Origin: Rickettsiales bacterium
Lineage (GTDB): Bacteria; Pseudomonadota; Alphaproteobacteria; G027485855
Assembly: GCA_027485855.1 (NCBI GenBank)
Contig: JAIXQD010000021.1
Location: 178,700-242,699, forward strand
Direction of reading: 5' to 3'
DNA: 64,000 bases
Numbering within the stretch: the stretch's first letter is position 1; each line of letters begins with the position of its first letter. Below the pieces are notes generated by a model, which saw only the letters and a program-made list of their open reading frames with translations, searched no databases and was not told where the DNA came from. The translations under genes and the position numbers were made by a program. Below, piece after piece: positions 40,464-50,218 of this stretch.

Positions 40464-42164
40464 ATGTTAGTCACCCCCCTTGCCACAGCGCGACAAGCCG
40501 TGAAGCAACAGCTATGGCTGTTAGCGGCCTTTAGCTTTGGCATAAATATTTTGCTGTTTGTGCTGCCGCTTTATTCGCTACAGATTTATGACCGCGTGCT
40601 GACAAGTGGCAGCCTGCCTACTTTAGCCACACTCACGGCGCTAGCCATATTCTTGCTCATCGTGATGTCGTGGCTTGATGGCTTGCGGCAAAATATGCTC
40701 ACCGCTTTAGGCAATTGGCTAGAGCTGACGCTGGGCGCTGCGGTGATGCGGGCAGCCATAAATGCGGCGCTGCTCACGCGCTCGACCACAACCGCACAAG
40801 CCACTTTCGATTTACGGGCTTTACGTAACTTCATCGCCAGCCCCGCAATGCCCGCTTTGTTTGATTATCCATTTGTGCCGATTTTTTTGATATTTTTATG
40901 GTGGGTGCATCCTTGGTGCGGCATTTTTGCGATTATTGTTGGTGCGGCGATGTTACTGCTGACCATACAAAGCGAAAACGCCGTACGCGATATGGTAGAA
41001 AAAAGCAATCTGGCCTCAGCCGAGCTGCAACTACAATCGGAAGTGATTTTGCGCAGTGCCGATGCCTTGCGCGGCATGGGCATGATTGGCAAAGCCGTCA
41101 GCCTTTGGCAAAAACGTAACGAGCATTTAGTGCATTTAAGCGGCACTATGGCCGACCGCAGCGCAACTTTGGCAGCGCTGAGTAAATTTATTCGTTTATT
41201 TGGCCAGCTGGGCATTATGGGCCTCACCGCATGGCTGGTGGTGCGGCAAGAGGTTACGCCCGGCGCCATTATTGCCGTGTCTATTTTATTTGGACGCATT
41301 TTATTGCCCGTTGAGCAAACCATTGGCGGCTGGCGGGCGCTTGTGGCCGCGCGCTTAGGTGCAAAACGACTAGAGCTGCTTTTACAAAAATTTCCATCCG
41401 CACAAAAAGGCATGGCACTGCCAGCACCACAAGGCGCGCTTGAGGCAACGCAACTGGGCTTTCGCCTGCCGCATAGCCTTGAGCCAATAATTCAGAATGT
41501 AAATATCAAAATTGCTGCGGGCGAAACCTTGGCCATTATTGGCCCCACGGCGGCAGGCAAATCTACGTTAGCGCGCCTGCTTTTGGGTATTTGGCAACCC
41601 ACAACCGGCACAGTGCGTTTAGATGGCACCCCTGTTGAAAACTGGCACACTAATGAACAAGCGGCCGATTTTTTTGGCTATTTGCCGCAGGATATTCAGC
41701 TACTCAGTGGCACAGTGCGCGACAATATTGCCCGCAGTGATGCACATACCGATGCCGATGTGCTGGCCGCCGCAAAGCTGGCCGGCATTCATGAAATGAT
41801 AATGCAGCTACCGCGTGCCTATGATACCGAAATTGGCGAGGGCGGGGCTAATTTATCGGGCGGGCAAAGGCAGCGCTTGGCATTGGCGCGGGCAATTATC
41901 GGCACGCCAAAGTTGGTAATTTTAGATGAGCCCAATGCCAATCTTGATGCCGAGGGCGAGGCCAGCTTGGCCCAAGCCATTGCGCATTTAAAAGCGCAAG
42001 GCGTGACAATTTTGCTGGTCATTCATCGCACGCAATTGCTGCACTATGCCGAGCGTATCGCCTTTATGCGGCAAGGGCGGTTAGAGCTGCTCGGCCCCCG
42101 AGAAGAAGTTTTGGCCCAACTACGTGGCACAAAAAAAATTGATACGCAGGGCGCGCCGCCATGA
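40464..42164 (+). CDS. Type I secretion ABC permease/ATPase (PrtD/AprD-like)
   Basis: LYSLQIYDRVL, GPTAAGKST, LSGGQRQR, LDEPNANLD. Confidence 0.95.
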   Translation: MLVTPLATARQAVKQQLWLLAAFSFGINILLFVLPLYSLQIYDRVLTSGSLPTLATLTALAIFLLIVMSWLDGLRQNMLTALGNWLELTLGAAVMRAAINAALLTRSTTTAQATFDLRALRNFIASPAMPALFDYPFVPIFLIFLWWVHPWCGIFAIIVGAAMLLLTIQSENAVRDMVEKSNLASAELQLQSEVILRSADALRGMGMIGKAVSLWQKRNEHLVHLSGTMADRSATLAALSKFIRLFGQLGIMGLTAWLVVRQEVTPGAIIAVSILFGRILLPVEQTIGGWRALVAARLGAKRLELLLQKFPSAQKGMALPAPQGALEATQLGFRLPHSLEPIIQNVNIKIAAGETLAIIGPTAAGKSTLARLLLGIWQPTTGTVRLDGTPVENWHTNEQAADFFGYLPQDIQLLSGTVRDNIARSDAHTDADVLAAAKLAGIHEMIMQLPRAYDTEIGEGGANLSGGQRQRLALARAIIGTPKLVILDEPNANLDAEGEASLAQAIAHLKAQGVTILLVIHRTQLLHYAERIAFMRQGRLELLGPREEVLAQLRGTKKIDTQGAPP

Positions 42165-43483
42165 ACTTGCCAGAAACTACGCCCAACCAAAGTGCCGCGC
42201 TGCAATTGCAAAAAATTCGGCGGCAGGCATTTTTAGGTTTAGTCATTGGGCTTTTTAGCTTGGTGATTTTTCTGCTATGGGCCGCTTTTATGCCACTAGC
42301 CAGCGCCATTGTGGCGCAGGGGCGGCTGATTGTTGAAAGTGGCGCGCAGCAAATTCAGCATTTAGAGGGCGGCATTGTGCGCGAAATATTGGTCACCCGT
42401 GGGCAACATGTTGATGCGGGTCAGGTGCTGCTGCGCCTCGACCAATTACAAGCGGGTGCGTCACTCAGCGCCATTCAAAGCCAGCTTGCCGCGAGCCTTG
42501 CCGAACAAACGCGGCTAGAGGCCGAGCGCAGGGCACAAAATGAGTTGGCCGAACCAAAAAATACCGAAGAGCTGCCGCAAGAAATATGGCAACAAGCATG
42601 GGCAGGACAAAAAGCCCTGTGGCAAAGCCGCCGCGATGTGCGCGAAGGGCGCCTGGCTGTTATGCAACAAAGACGCGCCCAGTTAGCACAAGAAGCCGAA
42701 GGGCTAAACATGCAATTGCAAGCGCTGCAACAACAACGCCAGCTGATTGGCGATGAGATTGTCGATGCCAAACAGCTTTATGAAAAGGGCTATGAGCGCT
42801 TGCCACGCGTGCGTGCGCTTGAGCGTGCTGCCGCCGATCTTGATGGGCGCATTGGCCAGCTTGTTGCCGAGCAAGCCAAAAATCAACACGCCCTCACCGA
42901 GTTAGAATTGCAGCAGCAAGGGCTAGAAAATGAATGGCAAAATGCCATTGCCACCGAGATGCGCACCACCGAGCAAAAATTGGCCGAGTTACGGCAAAGG
43001 CGCAAAAGCGCCAGCGACATTGTGGCGCGTGCCGAGCTGGTTGCACCCGTGGCTGGGGTGATTAGCGATATTATTCCCTATGGCGCGGGCGCTGTGATTG
43101 CTGCAGGCAGCCCGCTTATGACCCTCGTACCCGAGCAAGAAATAATGCTGATTGAAGTGATGGTGCGCCCCGATGATATTGAATCAGTTTCGCCGCAAAT
43201 GCCGGCGCGCATCAGGCTATCGGCCTTCAACCAAAAGCGCGTGCCAGAAATTGATGGCACAGTAATGTTTGTAGCGTCCGACCTCAGCACCGACCCCATG
43301 ACCGGTCAAAAATATTTTAAAGCGCGAGTAGCCCCTGATAGCAAAGCATTAACCGCGTTACAGTTACGGCTGGTGCCGGGCATGCCTGCCGAAGCTTTGA
43401 TTATTACCGGTAGCCGCACGCTGCTAAATTATTTACTAAGCCCGCTTAGTGATGGGCTGCGTCACGCGCTACGCGAGGGCTAA
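42161..43483 (+). CDS. HlyD/PrtE family T1SS membrane fusion protein
   Basis: IQHLEGGIV, coiled coil, APVAG, LVPGMPAE..I.TG.RTLL.YLL.PL. Confidence 0.95.
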   Translation: MNLPETTPNQSAALQLQKIRRQAFLGLVIGLFSLVIFLLWAAFMPLASAIVAQGRLIVESGAQQIQHLEGGIVREILVTRGQHVDAGQVLLRLDQLQAGASLSAIQSQLAASLAEQTRLEAERRAQNELAEPKNTEELPQEIWQQAWAGQKALWQSRRDVREGRLAVMQQRRAQLAQEAEGLNMQLQALQQQRQLIGDEIVDAKQLYEKGYERLPRVRALERAAADLDGRIGQLVAEQAKNQHALTELELQQQGLENEWQNAIATEMRTTEQKLAELRQRRKSASDIVARAELVAPVAGVISDIIPYGAGAVIAAGSPLMTLVPEQEIMLIEVMVRPDDIESVSPQMPARIRLSAFNQKRVPEIDGTVMFVASDLSTDPMTGQKYFKARVAPDSKALTALQLRLVPGMPAEALIITGSRTLLNYLLSPLSDGLRHALREG

Positions 43484-44510
43484 AACACTGCACATACCAG
43501 GCGGCCGCTTGCGCTAAGCCTTGTTGCGCATCATATTCAGGCTGGTAACCAAGGGCGGTCTTTATGGCGCTGATGTCGGCCAAGGAATGCGCCACATCGC
43601 CCGCACGAAAATCACGATAAACGGGCTGGCTTGCCGTAAGACCCGCATCATGCCGGCGCAACGCTTGTTGCAACATATCAAACAACTGATTAAGCGTCGT
43701 GCGCGCCCCGCAAGCGACATTATAAACAGCGTGCGGCGCATGGGCTGGCAACAAAGCGGCGCGCAAATTAGCTTGCACCGCATTGGCCACATAACAAAAA
43801 TCGCGGCTGGTTAAGCCATGGCCATTAATAAAAACTGGTTGGCCAGTAAGCAGCGCTTGCGCCCAAGCCGGTATCACTGCGGCATAAGGGCCAGAGGGGC
43901 TTTGCCTTGGGCCAAACACATTAAAATATCGCAGCCCCACAGCGGTCATACCATAAGCGCGGCAGAAAACATCGGCATAAACTTCATTGATGTATTTTGT
44001 GGCGGCATAGGGCGAAAGCGGCTTGCCTAGCTGCCCTTCTTGCTTGGGCAGCGCCGGATGATCACCATAAACCGAACTTGACGAGGCATAAACAAAACGT
44101 GGCGGCGCACCCTTTATACTGGCTTGTTTTGCTGCATCCAGCATATTGATAAAACCATTTACATTGGCATTATGACTGGCAAGCGGCTCAGCCAGCGAGC
44201 GTGGCACACTGCCAAGCGCGGCCTGATGCAAAATAAACTCAGCGCCCGCCACAGCCTTTTGGCAGGTGGCAAGGTTGGTAATATCGCCTTCTATAAAGGT
44301 AAAATTGCTAAAGGCTTTTTCACCCAGCAAAGATTGCACGGCGTGCAAATTATCGGCGCTGCCTGTCGCAAAATTATCTAGCCCAATAACTTTTTGCCCA
44401 TATTGCAAAAGTGTTTGCACCAAATGACTGCCAATAAAGCCAGCAGCCCCTGTCACCAGCCACTGCCGTGGCGTTGCCGCCAAAAATTTATAAAAAGCTG
44501 CATTATCCAT
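43446..44510 (-). CDS. UDP-GlcNAc 4-epimerase (WbpP/TviC-like SDR)
   Basis: WLVTGAAGFIGS, HQAALGSVPRS, YAATK, RYFNVFG; start ATG 44510 overlaps upstream TAA. Confidence 0.92.
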   Translation of the reverse strand: MDNAAFYKFLAATPRQWLVTGAAGFIGSHLVQTLLQYGQKVIGLDNFATGSADNLHAVQSLLGEKAFSNFTFIEGDITNLATCQKAVAGAEFILHQAALGSVPRSLAEPLASHNANVNGFINMLDAAKQASIKGAPPRFVYASSSSVYGDHPALPKQEGQLGKPLSPYAATKYINEVYADVFCRAYGMTAVGLRYFNVFGPRQSPSGPYAAVIPAWAQALLTGQPVFINGHGLTSRDFCYVANAVQANLRAALLPAHAPHAVYNVACGARTTLNQLFDMLQQALRRHDAGLTASQPVYRDFRAGDVAHSLADISAIKTALGYQPEYDAQQGLAQAAAWYVQCFSPRVARDAAHH

Positions 44511-45838
44511 TAAAGGCGCCACAAGCCATAGCCGTTGCTGCGAATGACGCTGGCATCGTAAACCGATTTTACATCGACAAACAAACCACCTGTTTTTAGT
44601 CGCTGCAATAATTCTGGCAAAGGCTTGGCAAGATATTCTTGATGCGCCACAGCCGCTACAATGGCTACAGCTTTTTGCGGCAATTCGGCCCATGGCGTTA
44701 GTTTTATGCCATATTCATGCTGGGCCATGGCCGCATCGGCCAAGGGGTCGTGCACACTAACGGCACAGCCATAGTCTTGCAGTTCGCGCACCAGATCGGC
44801 CACTTTGGAGTTACGAATGTCAGGACAATTTTCCTTAAAGGTCAGGCCCAGCACAATAACGGGGGCATCTTTGGGGTTGGCGCCACTACGCACAATGCCT
44901 TTTACTGTTTGCTGGGCAATATAGGCGGCAATGCTATCATTGATACGCCGCCCCGCTAAAATAACCTCGCTATGATAGCCAATTTTCTCGGCTTTATAGG
45001 TGAGATAATAGGGGTCAACGCCAATACAATGCCCGCCCACCAAACCCGGGCGAAAGGGCAGAAAATTCCACTTCGTGCCGGCGGCTTGCAACACCTCGGC
45101 CGTATCAAGGCCGATGCGGTCAAAAATAAGCGCCAGCTCATTCATAAGCGCGATGTTCAGATCACGCTGCGTGTTCTCAATGACTTTGGCCGCCTCGGCC
45201 ACCGCAATTGAGCTGGTGCGAAAAACCCCCGCCGGAATGACCGAGCCATAAACCTGCGCCACATGTTCAAGCGTGGCCGCGCTATCACCCGCCACAACTT
45301 TAACAATTTTTGTCAGCGTGTGCTCTTTATCACCGGGATTAACACGCTCGGGCGAGTAGCCCACAAAAAAATCTTTTTGCCAAACAAGCCCAGAATATTG
45401 CGCCAAAAGTGGCACGCAGACTTCTTCGGTGGCACCCGGATAGACGGTTGATTCAAACACCACCACAGCGCCACGCTTAAGATTTTTGCCAACACTCATC
45501 GAGGCCGCCCTCAGCGGCGTAAAATCCGGATTATGGGCATCATCAACCGGTGTGGGCACAGCCACTATAATAAAATCGGCGTTTTTGAGCTGCTCGGGAT
45601 TATTGGTAAAGCTTAAATGCTGCGCGCTTTTTAATTCATCGGCGCTGAGGTCGCCATTGGCATCGTGCCCTACGGTGAGTTGTGCCAATTTATCGGCCGA
45701 AATATCAAAGCCAATGGTTGGGTATTTTTTGCCAAACTCAACCGCCAGCGGCAAGCCAACATAACCCAAACCCACCACAGCAATAATTTTTGGGGCGGTC
45801 ATGGCTGCTGTTGTTGAAGCGTTTGCGGGCACGGTCAT
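44510..45838 (-). CDS. UDP-N-acetylhexosamine dehydrogenase (WbpO/TviB-like)
   Basis: VVGLGYVGLPLA, ESTVYPG, YSPERVNPG, GGHCIGVDP, GLTFKENCPD. Confidence 0.93.
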   Translation of the reverse strand: MTVPANASTTAAMTAPKIIAVVGLGYVGLPLAVEFGKKYPTIGFDISADKLAQLTVGHDANGDLSADELKSAQHLSFTNNPEQLKNADFIIVAVPTPVDDAHNPDFTPLRAASMSVGKNLKRGAVVVFESTVYPGATEEVCVPLLAQYSGLVWQKDFFVGYSPERVNPGDKEHTLTKIVKVVAGDSAATLEHVAQVYGSVIPAGVFRTSSIAVAEAAKVIENTQRDLNIALMNELALIFDRIGLDTAEVLQAAGTKWNFLPFRPGLVGGHCIGVDPYYLTYKAEKIGYHSEVILAGRRINDSIAAYIAQQTVKGIVRSGANPKDAPVIVLGLTFKENCPDIRNSKVADLVRELQDYGCAVSVHDPLADAAMAQHEYGIKLTPWAELPQKAVAIVAAVAHQEYLAKPLPELLQRLKTGGLFVDVKSVYDASVIRSNGYGLWRL

Positions 45839-46014
45839 TTTTATCTCCTAAATCGCCGTGACTATAGCAATCTTATTTCAAAAATGCAGCCGTTAACGCA
45901 TCTTGGTAATTATTGTTGCAAAATCGGCACAATCGTTATTTTCCAATATGTTTCAACTTGTTATCGCCTATAAAGCGCGCTATGTAAGAGGGGCATTTTA
46001 TGGAGGTGCCGCAT

Positions 46015-46881
46015 ATGACCGAGCATAAACCAACCCCGGATGTGGAAGCCCGTCACCGCAGTGCAACCACATTATCTGACGGCATTGCTTTAGGCCTTAC
46101 CCGCGCACTACGCTTTTTTGCCGATACATTTTTTGCGCAGCGCTATGGGCACCGCGCTGTTGTGCTTGAAACTGTCGCCGCCGTGCCCGGTATGGTGGGT
46201 GGCATGTTGGCGCATCTGCGCTCTTTGCGGCGCATGGAAGATGATAAGGGCTGGATTAAAACCATGCTCGACGAAGCCGAAAATGAGCGCATGCACCTGA
46301 TGACTTTTGTCGCCATTGCCAAACCCTCTATTTTAGAGCGCGGCCTCATTTTAGTCGCTCAGGGCGCTTTTTTTAACGCCTATTTCTTGTTGTATTTGCT
46401 TGCCCCGCGCACAGCGCATCGGCTGGTTGGCTATTTTGAAGAAGAAGCCGTTAAAAGCTACACACAATATCTTGAAGCTATTGATAGCGGCAAAATTGCC
46501 AATGTGCCCGCGCCACAAATTGCTATCGACTACTGGAAATTACCCGAAGACGCCACGCTGCGCGATGTGGTGCTGGTTGTCCGCGCCGATGAGGCCGGCC
46601 ATCGGGATGTAAACCATGCTTTTGCCGATGAGCTTTGCGCCAAAACTGCGCGCCAACGCCACAAGGAAGACCAAGCCAAGCTGCTTAAAATGGGCAAAGC
46701 TAAAATCGCGGCTGCCGTTGCGGCTGCCAACACTGCTGGTAACAATGCGCCCAACGCAGCACCCATTGCCGTGCCGGTGCTCACGCCTGCCAACCAAAGC
46801 GTGGAACCAACCATTGCAGCGCGGCCAACATCGCCCGCAACACCAGTTTCTGTCGCAAAGCCGCAATCGCCATCGCTTTAA
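46015..46881 (+). CDS. aox: Alternative oxidase with Ala/Pro-rich C-terminal extension
   Basis: [38 protein letters not shown] di-iron motifs; GGAGG RBS before ATG 46015. Confidence 0.93.
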   Translation: MTEHKPTPDVEARHRSATTLSDGIALGLTRALRFFADTFFAQRYGHRAVVLETVAAVPGMVGGMLAHLRSLRRMEDDKGWIKTMLDEAENERMHLMTFVAIAKPSILERGLILVAQGAFFNAYFLLYLLAPRTAHRLVGYFEEEAVKSYTQYLEAIDSGKIANVPAPQIAIDYWKLPEDATLRDVVLVVRADEAGHRDVNHAFADELCAKTARQRHKEDQAKLLKMGKAKIAAAVAAANTAGNNAPNAAPIAVPVLTPANQSVEPTIAARPTSPATPVSVAKPQSPSL

Positions 46882-46936
46882 TTTTTTAAACACAACTAAC
46901 TTATCAGCATAACATTTATGATGATGGAGCAGAGAC

Positions 46937-47644
46937 ATGGACATTAACAAGCTTGTGAACCAATTCTTGGGCGAAGGCAGCACATTGCCACAACAGGCTA
47001 AAAATATGGCACAAAAGGCCACCAGCGGTAGTTTTGGCGGATTTGCCGGCGGCGCTGCAGCAGGCGGCGTTTTGGGCCTATTACTGGGCAATAAAAAAGC
47101 GCGTAAAATGGCCGGCAACCTCGCGGGTGGTGTGGTGGGCTATGGTGGCGCCGCTGTATTGGGCGCCATGGCGTTTAAAGCCTATCAAAACTGGCAGGGC
47201 AAAAAAGCGGCCACACCGCTGACTGAACAAGATATTCAGCAAACACAGCAAAGCGGGCAAAAATTTCTGCCTGATTATAGCCAAACAAACGATGGTCAGC
47301 CTTTCGGCTTATTGCTGGTTAAAGCGATGATTGCCGCCGCCAATGCTGATGGCCATATGGATGCAACCGAACAGCAGCGCATTTTTGCAGAAGTTGAAAA
47401 GCTTGAGCTGCCCCCTGCAAGCAAAGCCACGATTTTTGAGGCGATGGCCAAACCACCCAGTTTTGTCAGCCTTGCCTCGGCCGTGAATGGCCAAGAGCAA
47501 GCAGCCGAGCTTTATTTAGCCTCGCGCCTTGCCATTGACCCAGACCAACCGGCCGAACAAGCCTATCTGCGCGCTCTGGCCACGCAATTACAATTGCCGC
47601 CTGAGTTGGTGCAACATTTAGAGCAGCAAATAAACGCCGCGTGA
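46937..47644 (+). CDS. DUF533 / TerB-like protein
   Basis: GGAAAGGVLGLLLG.KKARK, AMIAAANADGH.D..E, ELYLASRLAID. Confidence 0.88.
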   Translation: MDINKLVNQFLGEGSTLPQQAKNMAQKATSGSFGGFAGGAAAGGVLGLLLGNKKARKMAGNLAGGVVGYGGAAVLGAMAFKAYQNWQGKKAATPLTEQDIQQTQQSGQKFLPDYSQTNDGQPFGLLLVKAMIAAANADGHMDATEQQRIFAEVEKLELPPASKATIFEAMAKPPSFVSLASAVNGQEQAAELYLASRLAIDPDQPAEQAYLRALATQLQLPPELVQHLEQQINAA

Positions 47645-47791
47645 TTTAGGTCGCCCGTTTTAGGCCGCACAACAGGCCCCTTATCATCTCTATGGCGCTA
47701 AATGCCGTGAAGCTGCGCCCCGCAGCGCGCCCCAACCATGCGTAAAACAATAGCAGCAGCGTCCGCATACCTGCATACCCCAGATTAACTA

Positions 47792-47870
47792 GCCTAAATG
47801 CCAGGCCCTAAATGCTAGCCCCTAAATACACTGGCCCTAAATGCCAGGTCCTTAAATACACTCGCCCAAA
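47792..47870 (+). repeat. ~15-bp degenerate tandem repeat (cctaaatgccaggc / cctaaatacactgg) x~5
   Basis: Read directly from the sequence. Confidence 0.8.
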
Positions 47871-47878
47871 CTTATTAC

Positions 47879-47907
47879 TTGCATATATAAACATATACAC
47901 ATATAAT
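47879..47907 (+). promoter_or_regulatory. Sigma70 promoter TTGCAT-17-TATAAT with overlapping AT-rich putative ArsR operator
   Basis: -10 ends 5 nt before ATG 47913; no RBS, suggesting a leaderless mRNA. Confidence 0.7.
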
Positions 47908-47912
47908 TACTT

Positions 47913-48263
47913 ATGCCTAAAAAAACCCAGCGTCGCCTTGCAGCACAACCGCACAGCCACAAAACAACGCTCCCCAGCGCAGAGCAGCTTTACCCCTTGG
48001 CGGAGATTTTTAAACTTCTGGGTGAGCCGGCAAGATTAAAATTACTGCTCGCCTGCCAAAGCGGGCAGCAAAATGTTGGCATGCTGGCCGCACGCGCCGA
48101 GCTGTCACAACCGCTGGCCAGTCATCATCTGCGTTTGTTAAAAGCCGCAAGATTGCTACGCAGCAGTCGCGATGGGCAGCAAATTTTTTATCATTTACAC
48201 GATCAGCATGTGGCTGACATGCTGAGCGGCATGTTAGCGCATATTACCGAAGAAGGAGCATAA
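47913..48263 (+). CDS. ArsR/SmtB family metal-responsive repressor
   Basis: FKLLGEPARLKLL, SQPLASHHLRLL, DQHV...LAHITE alpha5 site. Confidence 0.92.
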   Translation: MPKKTQRRLAAQPHSHKTTLPSAEQLYPLAEIFKLLGEPARLKLLLACQSGQQNVGMLAARAELSQPLASHHLRLLKAARLLRSSRDGQQIFYHLHDQHVADMLSGMLAHITEEGA

Positions 48264-48265
48264 TC

Positions 48266-48895
48266 ATGCCGGGCTGCACACATTGTCATCATGATGATAC
48301 CGCCGCACCAACCGCTGCTTTTCGGAAAGTGTTGTGGCTGGCCTTGTTTTTAAATGCCGCGATGTTTGCGCTTGAGTGGGGCGCGGGCGCTTTGGCCAAC
48401 TCCGTTTCGCTATGGGCCGACGCGCTCGACTTTTTGGGTGACAGTGCGGCCTTTGCCATAACTTTAATGGTGCTGCATTTATCGCCGCTGGCCCGCACCA
48501 GAGCCGCACAATTAAAAGCCGTGGTTATGGGCGGCTTTGGGCTTTGGGTGTTGTGGGCCGCCTTGCAGCAGGCTTTGGGGCAGGCAATGCCACAGCCACC
48601 CATTATGCTGGGTGTGGCCTTGGCCGCCTTAGGCACTAATTTGCTTTGCGCCATTATGCTTTATAAATACCGTATGGGTGATGCAAACAGCCAATCGATT
48701 TGGCTTTGCAGCCGCAATGATGCCTTAGGCAATATGGCTGTGTTGCTGGCGGCTTTTGGCGTGGCCCAAACAGCCCAAGTTTGGCCCGATATTGTGGTGG
48801 CGGTCATTCTTGCTGCTCTTAATATCAGCGCTGCGGCTAAAGTGTTGCACCTATCGCGCGCTGAGCTACGGCAACAAATCAGCCATCAGCATTAA
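48266..48895 (+). CDS. Short CDF cation efflux transporter (no cytosolic CTD)
   Basis: CTHCHH N-terminus, SLWADALDFLGD, WLCSRNDALGN. Confidence 0.9.
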   Translation: MPGCTHCHHDDTAAPTAAFRKVLWLALFLNAAMFALEWGAGALANSVSLWADALDFLGDSAAFAITLMVLHLSPLARTRAAQLKAVVMGGFGLWVLWAALQQALGQAMPQPPIMLGVALAALGTNLLCAIMLYKYRMGDANSQSIWLCSRNDALGNMAVLLAAFGVAQTAQVWPDIVVAVILAALNISAAAKVLHLSRAELRQQISHQH

Positions 48896-48904
48896 AGCCA
48901 CCTA

Positions 48905-49906
48905 TTAACGCAGCCTTTTATGCGTCGCCAAAAGTGGCCCGCCATTAAGCAGGCGTGCATGTTGCTGATCAATATAGGTGGCCAGCTGCCCTATGCGGCG
49001 CTCACGGATGGTATTGCGAAACGCATCGCCAAGGTTATTGGGCTCGGTAATAAAAGATTTTGCCATAAGCTGTTCTTCAAGCAAATTTTGGTGAATAACC
49101 GCCGTTAGCCCCATGGCTAAGGCCGCCGACGCGCGACTGCCAACCGCCTGCTCTGACAAATGCAGCATGCCCTCAAGCGATTCTTCAATCGAGCCGCCAT
49201 GAACCGTGGTTATAACCAAATGCCCCGTTGTGGCCGCACGCAAAACTTGCGCTGCGGCATCTGGCGTGCGGATTTCGCCCACAAAAATATAGCGCGGGCT
49301 CCAACGCAAGCTACGCTTCAGCATCGTCGCCCATTCATGATCTTCGCTAATCTCAACTTGGTAGCAAAAACCATTGCTGGCATGCCGCCCTTCAAGATTA
49401 AACTCAACCGGATCTTCAACCGTAAAAGCCACATTGCCATAACGCTGCAAATAATCGCAAAGTAAGGCACAAGCCGTGGTGGTTTTGCCGTGACCCGTTG
49501 GCCCCGCAATAATAATCAGCCCATCGCGCACACCAAGCTGCTGCAAATGTGGCAACAAGGCGGGGTCAAAACCCAAATCTTCTAGGGCGGGGGGGCGCTC
49601 TGGGATGCGCCGCAGCACCACCCACTCTTTGCCGCTGGCCATGATAATGCGTGAGCAACGCATGCGCATCGTGTCGTATTCTAAGGTCGACTCAGCCCCG
49701 CTATGCTCGGTTTGTAGGCGCAGGCGGATTTTTTCAACGTCTAATTGATATTCGCTCGGCACCTCTCTGTTGCCGCCTTCGCGGCGCTCACGCCCCCGTG
49801 GACGGTAATGCGCGGCCTCTTCATCATCGAGGCGTATATATAAATCGGTAAAATTGAGCTCAGATAAAGGGGTATGCTGTGGGGTATGCTGTCGTTTTTC
49901 TGCCAT
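48905..49906 (-). CDS. PilT/DotB-family secretion ATPase
   Basis: GPTGHGKTT, TVEDPVEF, VGEIR, TGHLVITTVH, AFRNTIRE (AIRNLIRE-like). Confidence 0.85.
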   Translation of the reverse strand: MAEKRQHTPQHTPLSELNFTDLYIRLDDEEAAHYRPRGRERREGGNREVPSEYQLDVEKIRLRLQTEHSGAESTLEYDTMRMRCSRIIMASGKEWVVLRRIPERPPALEDLGFDPALLPHLQQLGVRDGLIIIAGPTGHGKTTTACALLCDYLQRYGNVAFTVEDPVEFNLEGRHASNGFCYQVEISEDHEWATMLKRSLRWSPRYIFVGEIRTPDAAAQVLRAATTGHLVITTVHGGSIEESLEGMLHLSEQAVGSRASAALAMGLTAVIHQNLLEEQLMAKSFITEPNNLGDAFRNTIRERRIGQLATYIDQQHARLLNGGPLLATHKRLR

Positions 49907-50041
49907 AGTGCGATACCCTCTTTTGAAAAAATTCAGACTTTATCAACTAAAGCGGTTTAGCATAAAAGTGATAAATATTCCGTCAATGCTGGGCAAGGTC
50001 AATTGACCCCGTCCGGCAAAATCCTCGAGGGGGGAATGCTG

Positions 50042-50212
50042 ATGGGTTTAAGCTTAACTACTGCCGGCTTTACCGCAACCCATATCGGGTCATCGGCCAC
50101 GCCCGCGCGCAAAGCGGTTGAAACACCTGCAGCAGAAAACACCACGCCCGCCGCGCCACAACAACCTTCTGGCTATTGGCGGCGCACCGGCGGCTTAAAC
50201 ATTAGTATCTAA
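50042..50212 (+). CDS. Small hypothetical protein ending GGLNISI
   Basis: GAGGGGG RBS upstream; fits between PilT-like gene and dotA. Confidence 0.5.
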   Translation: MGLSLTTAGFTATHIGSSATPARKAVETPAAENTTPAAPQQPSGYWRRTGGLNISI

Positions 50213-50218
50213 TTTATA

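Noticed and set aside
47792-47870. Short repeats as CRISPR or iterons
   Set aside because: Head-to-tail ~15-mers with no unique spacers and no rep gene; the same applies to 16503-16578.
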